64,000 nt of DNA from Candidatus Thalassarchaeum betae (GTDB lineage: Archaea > Thermoplasmatota > Poseidoniia > Poseidoniales > Thalassarchaeaceae), in contig PSPG01000001.1 of assembly GCA_003193925.1 (NCBI GenBank), forward strand, positions 64,001 through 128,000, in the 5' to 3' direction. The position numbers and the translations under genes are program-made. Of the stretch, positions 47,311-54,942 are shown one piece after another. Below the pieces are notes generated by a model, which was not told where the DNA came from, did no database searches, and saw only the letters and a program-made list of their open reading frames with translations. The first letter of the stretch is position 1; every line of letters begins with the position of its first letter.

Positions 47311-47444
47311 CCTATGGGCCCGGCGGGCTTAGTCCGTGTTCTGCAGTGGAAGCCTCCAGTGCCTCATTCGCAAGCCCGCACGAGTCGATTCTCTCCACTG
47401 GAACAGCAGGGGTAGGAATTCCCTTCCGCACTGTTCATAGGCCC
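47311..47444. other. Structured intergenic element with ORB-like motifs upstream of mcm
   Basis: Four inverted-repeat pairs, and TCCACTGGAACAGCAGGGGT at 47394-47413. Confidence 0.4.
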
Positions 47445-47481
47445 CCTTGACGGACCCGCAAGGCCCGGCGGTAAGAAACGT

Positions 47482-49626
47482 ATGACGATGGCTGCTCACG
47501 ACTCATCGGCCCGGTGGCGCACATTCCTCACCGAGGCCAAGGAGGATGACATCGTCATGCTGGTCTCGAAACAGGCTCCCCCGTGCATAGAGATCCCCTT
47601 CCACGAGTTGCAGGGATTCGACCCCGAATTCGCCGATGACGTCCTCGAGCACCCCCGCCAGATCCTCAGCAGGGGCTGCCAGACTCTGAGCGAGATCTGC
47701 CGGGAGAGGGGCGAGGAAATAGACGCGGTGCTGCGCGTCGGAGAACTGCCTCGGGACAGCCGAAGGTCACTGCGCGACATCGGCGCTGCCGATATCGAGC
47801 GGCTGCGCAGCGTCGATGCCATCGTCACGAAGATATCCGAACTAAAGCCCCGTCTGCACCGGGCTGTATTCACCTGCGAGGTGTGCGACAAAATCATCGA
47901 GGTCGAGCAGGAGAACGAGAGGGAACTCATCGAGCCCCTCCAATGCCCGGGGTGCGAGAAGAGTGCAGGCCGCTCGAGAGAGACCAGGTTCACTCTGGTG
48001 GTCAACATCTCGAAGATGGTCAACAACCAGTGGATAGAGATTCAAGAGCTTCCCGAGAACGTTCCCAGTGGGGCTCAGCCGACAAGGGGCTCCGTCCTAG
48101 TCGAGGGGGATAAGGTCAACCGGCACCTCCCGGGCGAGAGGATAGTCGCCAACGTCATGCCCGTGGTCCGTAGCGAGGTCCGCCGCAACAGGAAGACGCC
48201 TATGTTCGACATCATCTATCATCTGGTAAGCTCCGAGCACGAGAACACGCCCTTCACCGAGTTTAAAATCAGCGAGGAGGAAAGGGAACAGATCCTAGAG
48301 ATCTCTCGCCGTGAGGACCTGCTGAGGCTCATGCAGCAGTCGATCGCACCGTCCGTCTTCGCGACCGGCGTCATGCACTACGTGAAGCGCTCTCTGGCCT
48401 TGCAGCTCTTCGGTGGTGTCTCGAGGATCAATCCGGACAGGACACGCTCCCGTGGTGAAATCCACGTCCTGCTGATGGGAGACCCTGGCGTAGCCAAGTC
48501 GCAAGTGCTCGATTACATGTCCAAACTCTCGCCCCGGGGCAAGTTGGCCTCGGGAGGAGGGGTGTCGCGAGCCGGGCTGACCGCGGCTGCGGTGAGGGAT
48601 GCCTTCGGTGACGGCAGATTCGCCCTCGAGGCTGGCATCCTGCCGCTTTCCGACCGCGGACTAGCCGCCATCGACGAGTTCGACAAGATCAACGAGGAGG
48701 ATCGCCGGGCTATACATCCGGCGATGGAGCAGGGGATGATACACATTTCCAAGGGGGGAATAACGGCCACGCTGCCTGCGAGATGCGCCATTCTGGCAGC
48801 CGCCAATCCGAAGGACGGTCGCTTCTCCAAGCGCGGCCCGAACCAGAGCGTCATACGCTCCTACAACGAGACCGGTCTCCCTCCCCCCCTCGCCTCCCGC
48901 TTCGACATCATCTGGATGATCAGGGATGAGATCAGGGTCGAGGACGACGAGAGGATCGCCAGGCACATCCTCGCGGTCCGTACTCAGGGAGTCAGCGAGA
49001 CGAAGGTCGATGAGTCTCTGGATCTAAATCCAATGGAGGGGCGGGAGGACCAGATATTCGCAACCGGGGCGGACGGAACCGAGCATCTCACCATTGAGTT
49101 CCTGCGCAAGTTCATCGCATACGCCAAGCGCAACATCCATCCCGACCTCAGTGAGGACGCCAGAGCCCTCATACTCGAGTACTACACGGACGAGCGACAG
49201 TCCTTCGGCCGTGAGGATCAGATGGGCGAGTCCGAGGTCATCCCGATTACCGCTCGCGCCCTCGAAGCTCTGATTCGACTGACGGAGGCCCACGCTAAGA
49301 TGCATCTCAGGGAGATCGCTACAGCCGACGACGCGAAGGTCGCCCTCGCCGTCTTCAGGCATTGGAGGGAGGAATCCGGAATCGAGGACGAGTCGGAGTT
49401 GTACTCCGGTGTCTCGGCGAGGGTTCGCAGTGCGAATGCCGTCGTGCGGCAGGTCATCAGGGACATCTGCGCCGAGCGGGACGGAATCGCCCACGTCACC
49501 GAGATCTACAACAGGGCCGCATCCAGAAACGTGCCTGACACCAACGTGGACGAGGTCCTTTCGAGGATGCGGATGAGCGGCGAACTGTTCAGTCCTCGCA
49601 ATGACGAGTATTCATTCGCCCGTTGA
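47482..49626 (+). CDS. mcm: MCM replicative helicase
   Basis: C4 Zn finger, IQELPE, GDPGVAKSQ Walker A, IDEFDK Walker B, AAANP, SRFD Arg finger, ITARALE and C-terminal wHTH. Confidence 0.95.
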   Translation: MTMAAHDSSARWRTFLTEAKEDDIVMLVSKQAPPCIEIPFHELQGFDPEFADDVLEHPRQILSRGCQTLSEICRERGEEIDAVLRVGELPRDSRRSLRDIGAADIERLRSVDAIVTKISELKPRLHRAVFTCEVCDKIIEVEQENERELIEPLQCPGCEKSAGRSRETRFTLVVNISKMVNNQWIEIQELPENVPSGAQPTRGSVLVEGDKVNRHLPGERIVANVMPVVRSEVRRNRKTPMFDIIYHLVSSEHENTPFTEFKISEEEREQILEISRREDLLRLMQQSIAPSVFATGVMHYVKRSLALQLFGGVSRINPDRTRSRGEIHVLLMGDPGVAKSQVLDYMSKLSPRGKLASGGGVSRAGLTAAAVRDAFGDGRFALEAGILPLSDRGLAAIDEFDKINEEDRRAIHPAMEQGMIHISKGGITATLPARCAILAAANPKDGRFSKRGPNQSVIRSYNETGLPPPLASRFDIIWMIRDEIRVEDDERIARHILAVRTQGVSETKVDESLDLNPMEGREDQIFATGADGTEHLTIEFLRKFIAYAKRNIHPDLSEDARALILEYYTDERQSFGREDQMGESEVIPITARALEALIRLTEAHAKMHLREIATADDAKVALAVFRHWREESGIEDESELYSGVSARVRSANAVVRQVIRDICAERDGIAHVTEIYNRAASRNVPDTNVDEVLSRMRMSGELFSPRNDEYSFAR

Positions 49627-49664
49627 GTCTATGGAACAGGGCCGCCTCTGCGCCCTTGAGCGCA

Positions 49665-51767
49665 ATGGAGCCGCTGGGTGACGTAACTGACTCGGGAAAC
49701 CTAGATCCAGTCGGACTGGGCTTCATGTGCGGGCTTGAGATACACCAGCAACTGGCTACGGGAAAGCTGCATTCCAGAATGCCCAGCAAGCTCTTCGACC
49801 ACAGCATCGATGAGGTCCCAGATGACTGGTCGCGTTCGAATCGGCGCCTCAGGGCCTCCGAGGGCGAGGCTGGACAGATCGATGTAGCCGCCCGCTTCGA
49901 GCAGCGCCGAAACCGCTCCTTCGTCTACGTCCAGCCGCCCAACGCCGGGCTGATCGAGTTGGACGAGGCCCCTCCGCTCGAGCACGATCCCGAAGCGGTC
50001 GACGTCGTTCTGACCATGGCCGCGATGATGGAAGCCAAACCGGTCCCTGCGCTTCAGGCGATGCGCAAGACCGTGGTCGACGGCTCCAACACCAGCGGAT
50101 TCCAGCGAACCACCCTTATCGCGACTGATGGCAGCGTAGTGACCCCAACAGGAGAGGTGGGCGTCGATGTGATATGCCTGGAGGAGGATTCTGCGAGGAG
50201 GCTCGACACCCAGTCTTCCTCATCTGGAGAGACCGTGGTTTACACCCTCGACAGGTTGGGGATGCCGCTGGTGGAAGTCGCAACCGCTCCAGATGTCCAG
50301 ACTCCGGAGCATGCCAAGGAGACCGCTCTCACTCTCGGAACTCTGCTGAGGGACACACGCAGGGTCAGAAGGGGTCTCGGCTCGATCCGCCAGGACCTCA
50401 ACGTGAGCATCGCCTGCGGAGACAGGGTAGAGATCAAGGGATGTCAGGATCTCGACTGGATACCACGGATAATCAGCCTCGAGATGGCTAGGCAACTGCA
50501 CATGTACCGACTCGCCAACCAACTGCGCGACGAGGCAGCCCTTCCGCCTCTGCCCCCGAACAGGGACGATGACGAGGTCCCAGTGGAGAATCGGGTGGCA
50601 GCGGCGGCAACCTCTCGTCTGCCTCTGGAGATTCACGACCTCTCGGACTTGTTCGCGAACTGCGAATCAGACGTGGTCCGGCGCTCTCTGGGTGACGGCT
50701 CGGTCATGCAGGGAGTGGCTCTAGCCGGCTTCGCCGGAAAGTTGGGCAGAATGGAAACCGACTCCGAAGGCGCCCAACTACCCCGGCTCGGCAGGGAGCT
50801 GGCAAGCGCGGCCAAGTTGGCCGGGGTCGCGGGGATCTTCCATTCTGACGAGTTGCCCGCCTACGGAATCACTGAGCCCGAGGTAGGCGCAGTGCGTGAC
50901 TCCCTGTCACTCGACGACTCGGATGCGTTCGTCCTGTGCGTTGCGCCGGCATGGCAGTCAGAACTCGCCTTGGAGTCAGCCATCCAGCGCGCGAGGCGAG
51001 CCTATCATCGGATACCTCGCGAGGTCCGCAACGTGGTCATCCGCAGGGGCCAGCCGGAGGACGGCACCACAACCGCGATGCGCCCCCTACCTGGTGGAGC
51101 CCGAATGTACCCAGAGACCGACATTCCTGTGCTGGAGATTACTTTGGAGCACTGGGACGGCATCCGAGAGAACCTCCCTCTCAACGGCGAGCAGAGGAGA
51201 GCGCGACTGCACAAGCACGACCTCTCTGACAACCAGGTGGAGGCGATTCTGGGTGCCGAGTTGGACGACGTCCTGATTACAGCAGTCGAAGGAGGTCCTT
51301 GCGGCTGTCCGCCCCTGCCAGCCAAGGCATGGGCATCGACTCTCTTGGAAAATGCGCGTGCGGGAGTCGCCGAAGGCACCGATCGCTCCGAGGACGAAGT
51401 CCCGTGGCCAGTCCTAACCCTAGCTGTGCACGCGCGCGAGGAGGACATCATCACCCGCGAGGGCTTGATCCCACTAGCACGCAAACTCTGGCTGGAGGGC
51501 CCCTCATTCACCGACACCGAATTCGATCAGCGACTCGAGTGGTTCGCCGCCCAGGCCGAGGAAGCCGGGTTCACCCCCGCCGACACAGGGGCCGTCGAGC
51601 TGGCTGTCGACGAAGCCATTGCAGAGAGCATGGACATGATCAAGGAACGAGGAATGAGTGCAATGGGACCATTGATGGGCTTCGTGATGCAGAAACTAGG
51701 GGGCTCAGCAGACGGCAAGACGGTGAGCGAAATCCTGCGTAGGAAGATATCCGAGTTGGATGGCTAG
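49665..51767 (+). CDS. gatE: Glu-tRNA(Gln) amidotransferase subunit E
   Basis: GLEIHQQL, DGSNTSGFQRT, LEEDSAR, GSIRQDLNVS and PGGARMYPETDIP motifs; start inferred at ATG 49665. Confidence 0.96.
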   Translation: MEPLGDVTDSGNLDPVGLGFMCGLEIHQQLATGKLHSRMPSKLFDHSIDEVPDDWSRSNRRLRASEGEAGQIDVAARFEQRRNRSFVYVQPPNAGLIELDEAPPLEHDPEAVDVVLTMAAMMEAKPVPALQAMRKTVVDGSNTSGFQRTTLIATDGSVVTPTGEVGVDVICLEEDSARRLDTQSSSSGETVVYTLDRLGMPLVEVATAPDVQTPEHAKETALTLGTLLRDTRRVRRGLGSIRQDLNVSIACGDRVEIKGCQDLDWIPRIISLEMARQLHMYRLANQLRDEAALPPLPPNRDDDEVPVENRVAAAATSRLPLEIHDLSDLFANCESDVVRRSLGDGSVMQGVALAGFAGKLGRMETDSEGAQLPRLGRELASAAKLAGVAGIFHSDELPAYGITEPEVGAVRDSLSLDDSDAFVLCVAPAWQSELALESAIQRARRAYHRIPREVRNVVIRRGQPEDGTTTAMRPLPGGARMYPETDIPVLEITLEHWDGIRENLPLNGEQRRARLHKHDLSDNQVEAILGAELDDVLITAVEGGPCGCPPLPAKAWASTLLENARAGVAEGTDRSEDEVPWPVLTLAVHAREEDIITREGLIPLARKLWLEGPSFTDTEFDQRLEWFAAQAEEAGFTPADTGAVELAVDEAIAESMDMIKERGMSAMGPLMGFVMQKLGGSADGKTVSEILRRKISELDG

Positions 51768-51804
51768 GATTGTTCAATAACTTGTTTTACCGACCCGAAA
51801 CTCC

Positions 51805-52425
51805 GTGTCCGAACTAATCGGTCTGGCAGTTCTGCTCATCCTTCTATCTCTGGTCGTAGCCTCCTCCTCCGAGGAGGAGAACAGGCTCAAGGCGCTGTCA
51901 GTCGCATGGGTGGTCTTCTTGCTTCTGACATTCTCTACCATAGCCACCGAGTGGGCTAGGATGACCGCAGTGCTAGTCAATCAGGAGGATGACCCGCACT
52001 ACGGCCTGCCCGACCTCTGGGATGGTAAGCAGGTCGTCTGCCTCCACTTCTCGGGGGGCAACGTGCCCGCAGGTTTCGATGACGGGCGTCATCACATCGA
52101 CTACGACGGCACGGATTTCATGACCGACGTCGAATGGAACGAGACCGGGGCCTGCATCGGGGGCTTCTCTGGATTCGAGAACGGATGGGACCTGCTCGAT
52201 GCGGCGATCAACGCGACCGGCGATGACTTCGCCGTCACCACGACGTCCTACTCATTCGGGTTGATGATCGACTCCATCGCAGGTGTGGATCCGAGCACGA
52301 TGGCGGGCGAGTTCAACGGCGCCTATTGGTCACTGTATCACAACGGGGCGTTGTCTATGGTTGGGATAGCCGATCTCGAATTGGACCCAGACAGCGTCGT
52401 GACATGGCGTGTGGACACTTGGTGA
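51805..52425 (+). CDS. Membrane-anchored protein with a DUF4430 / transcobalamin C-terminal-like domain
   Basis: Two N-terminal TMs; C-terminal FGLMIDSIAG...YWSLYHNG..SMVGI.D..L.....VTW pattern. Confidence 0.72.
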   Translation: MSELIGLAVLLILLSLVVASSSEEENRLKALSVAWVVFLLLTFSTIATEWARMTAVLVNQEDDPHYGLPDLWDGKQVVCLHFSGGNVPAGFDDGRHHIDYDGTDFMTDVEWNETGACIGGFSGFENGWDLLDAAINATGDDFAVTTTSYSFGLMIDSIAGVDPSTMAGEFNGAYWSLYHNGALSMVGIADLELDPDSVVTWRVDTW

Positions 52426-52472
52426 AACCAAACCATCAAGTGCAAGGCAACTCCACTGAGTAAGGGGCGCAT

Positions 52473-53129
52473 ATGTTCGATGCACACGCGGTGGCACTGG
52501 GACCCCATGGCATGCTCGCTGTCAACGTCGCAATGCTCTCGATCATCGGCTGGGCGCTGTGGAGGGCGGAGCAGAAACTCTCCTTCGGTAGCGATTGGAT
52601 CGCACTCTCCATGCTGGGCGTATTCGCCATCGCCGGACGCGTGCTGCTCGACCCCATACCGAACGTCCAGCCCGTGACAGTAATCGTCCTGCTGGTAGGA
52701 ATCCACTTCGGTGCGACCCGCTCGATCGCCCTGGCGACCGCCGTCGCGCTGGGCTCCAATCTGATTATGGGTCACGGACTGTGGTCCTTCTACCAAGCAA
52801 TAGGATGGTCTGCCGTCGGAATCGCAGGAGCTCTGCTAGCGGACCGACTCTATGTGGACGGACGCCTCGCTCTGCCTGCTCTTGCCGGGGTCGCTGCCAT
52901 CTCTGCCTTCGCCTTCGACTGGATAGTCTCCCTCAGTGCTCTCCACTCTCTGAGCGCAGACGTGTTCCTAGTGTACCTGATGGCCGGTATCCCGTACGAT
53001 CTCCTGCACGCCGTTGGCAATGTGGCCTTCGTCGCTTGGCTCGCGAACTCGCTCAGCGACATCATGACCAGGCACGTTGCAATCCCGGCCGCAATGGCGG
53101 TGAACGACGTTGCCACGAACCGAGTCTGA
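52473..53129 (+). CDS. ECF transporter S component, CbrT-like
   Basis: GR...PIPNVQPVT, SN...GHGLW..YQ..GW and GIPYDLLHAVGN motifs; about 6-7 TMs. Confidence 0.8.
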   Translation: MFDAHAVALGPHGMLAVNVAMLSIIGWALWRAEQKLSFGSDWIALSMLGVFAIAGRVLLDPIPNVQPVTVIVLLVGIHFGATRSIALATAVALGSNLIMGHGLWSFYQAIGWSAVGIAGALLADRLYVDGRLALPALAGVAAISAFAFDWIVSLSALHSLSADVFLVYLMAGIPYDLLHAVGNVAFVAWLANSLSDIMTRHVAIPAAMAVNDVATNRV

Positions 53130-53481
53130 GATCACGATGGTATTGGTCACGCGCAGTGACCTTGAGCTCTCGAGAGGCAAACTGGCGGCTCAATGCGGCC
53201 ACGCCGTAGCGGAATGCGTGCTCAAGGCCAAGCGCGAGGCGCCACGGATGCTCAAGCGCTACATGAGGGAGGGAGCGAGGAAAGTCGTCTGCACCGCTCC
53301 GAACCTCGAAGCCCTCAGGAGGTTGTTCGGTGATGCCAGAGTGTGTGGCTTGGTCTGCTACATGGTGACGGATGCAGGCCACACTGAGATTCCTGCTGGC
53401 ACAGTCACCGTCGTGGGGATAGGCCCTGGGCCGCGCTCTGAAATCGACGCCTTGACGAGCAGCCTTCCGCTAGTCAAGTGA
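53110..53481 (+). CDS. pth2: Peptidyl-tRNA hydrolase 2
   Basis: RSDL..SRGKLAAQCGHA, RKVV and DAGHTEIPAGTVT..GIGP motifs. Confidence 0.95.
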   Translation: MPRTESEITMVLVTRSDLELSRGKLAAQCGHAVAECVLKAKREAPRMLKRYMREGARKVVCTAPNLEALRRLFGDARVCGLVCYMVTDAGHTEIPAGTVTVVGIGPGPRSEIDALTSSLPLVK

Positions 53482-53564
53482 GAAACGAGAGAAAACCCAC
53501 CGTGAGCGAACGCTCTAGACGGTGGGTAATGCGGCTGGACTGGGAGGCGCTTGCCCCCCAGTCC
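53481..53564 (-). terminator. Two hairpins followed by a pyrimidine tract, 3' of the MIP-like gene
   Basis: On the minus strand: GGACTGGGGGGC-AAGC-GCCTCCCAGTCC, then ACCCACCGT...ACGGTGGGT, then TTTCTCTCGTTTCT. Confidence 0.55.
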
Positions 53565-53604
53565 GCCTTACGTAATTCTGCCATTCCAGTTTCCCAGAAT
53601 GATA

Positions 53605-54162
53605 TCAGGCCATCTCTGCGATCTTGACCGAAGCCAAGGCGCCGACACCGACCAACACTCCGTCAACAAGCCAGTTGCTGACGGATGCTCCGATGTCCCC
53701 GCCGCTACCAACGAGGGCACCAGCCATGTCGGATGATCCCCCGACCATGGTACCTAGCGCCAGTACGACGAAGGCGGTGACCCATGCGTCACAGCGGTCA
53801 TAGACGGTCCACAGCAGTGCACCACCGGCAATCATGCCAAGCGCGCCCCACATGTCGAAGGACCACATGTCTGCGGCCACGACATCACCTACGTCACCAG
53901 AGTTCACCAGCATCAGTGCGAGCACTGCGCCGATAACCTGGCTGACAAGGCGTGTGCCGTTGTCCATCCAACCGTCCGAGTCACTTAGGTCGCCAGTCAT
54001 TATGTGGCCCCAAGTGATCATCGGCAGTATGTGGGCGCCGCTAATAGCCATCCAAGCCGCAGCTAGGACTAGGGCTCCCCCAAGGTCACCCACGCCACCT
54101 GCGAGCCAGGCAACCATGAAGGCCCCGCCCATTTCGTTCATCATTGTCTCTGTATTCATCAT
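53605..54162 (-). CDS. Degenerate aquaporin/MIP-like membrane protein
   Basis: EMGGAF (cf. EFxGTF), ISGAHILPMIT (cf. ISGAHxNPAVT), VSQVIGAVLA (cf. AQxxGAxxA); strong RBS and TATA box. Confidence 0.65.
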   Translation of the reverse strand: MMNTETMMNEMGGAFMVAWLAGGVGDLGGALVLAAAWMAISGAHILPMITWGHIMTGDLSDSDGWMDNGTRLVSQVIGAVLALMLVNSGDVGDVVAADMWSFDMWGALGMIAGGALLWTVYDRCDAWVTAFVVLALGTMVGGSSDMAGALVGSGGDIGASVSNWLVDGVLVGVGALASVKIAEMA

Positions 54163-54167
54163 TTTTT

Positions 54168-54217
54168 CCTCCTCACCTCAGTGAGTGGTTGCCGGCTTTC
54201 ATGGCGATTTATAATAG
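54168..54217 (-). promoter_or_regulatory. TATA box and strong RBS of the MIP-like gene
   Basis: Minus strand reads CTATTATAAATC...GAGGTGAGGAGG-AAAAA-ATG. Confidence 0.6.
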
Positions 54218-54417
54218 AATCCTACGAAATCCGGAAACCAACCCCCCCTTGAGGGTTTTTTCCGAATGCCGGTGTTCCCAACAACACCTGATTTTCTCCG
54301 CCACACCAGGTGTCTTTCACCACTTCGGTGCTATGCACCGGGCACGACTCCCCGCGATCCTGAATCAGGATTCCTGCTCAGTAATCGTCATGAGGGACCC
54401 GCCACCCTGACGGGACA

Positions 54418-54942
54418 ATGGTCACTCAGGTAGCACTCGAACCTGAGGCTCGAAACGAACTCCTCTCGGAGTGCTCAGGCCTTTCAGGCCTGGTGGAGTG
54501 GCTGGATTCCATCGACAGGAGACCCGGCCTCGATGAGTTGGACCAGCGCCTCAGATCGACCCAAGTCAACCTCCCAGCACTCAAGGAATGCATCGGCTAC
54601 GCCGATGTCGGCTACCAGAGGAACGTAATCAAGAGGTCCGAGTTCTACGAACTCGTCGTCATCTGCTGGATTCCGGGCCAAGAGACCCCCATCCACGACC
54701 ACGTCGGCAGCGACTGTGCCTTCCTCATCGTCGACGGGGTCTCGACGGAGACGATCTACGAGACCAACGAAGAGGGCCTAGCACACCCGATAACCGTCAA
54801 GCGTTATCAGCCCGGAGATGTATGTGCGGCTGAGGAGCCGGACATCCACAGGGTCTCGAACGACACCGACTCCGAACTGGTCAACTTGCACATCTACTCG
54901 CCGCCGCTGTCCGCGTACAACATCTACGCCCCTGCAGAGTAG
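54418..54942 (+). CDS. Cysteine dioxygenase (cupin)
   Basis: YQRN, W.PGQETPIHDH..S.C, IHRV.N and LHIYSPP motifs. Confidence 0.88.
   Translation: MVTQVALEPEARNELLSECSGLSGLVEWLDSIDRRPGLDELDQRLRSTQVNLPALKECIGYADVGYQRNVIKRSEFYELVVICWIPGQETPIHDHVGSDCAFLIVDGVSTETIYETNEEGLAHPITVKRYQPGDVCAAEEPDIHRVSNDTDSELVNLHIYSPPLSAYNIYAPAE

Noticed and set aside
47311-47444. HDV-like ribozyme, cobalamin riboswitch, SRP RNA or RNase P RNA
   Set aside because: Helix order and conserved sequence boxes of these families could not be matched, so it is kept only as an unassigned structured element.
51768-52472. Cobalamin riboswitch controlling the ECF module
   Set aside because: The intergenic gaps are under 50 nt and lack a B12 box.
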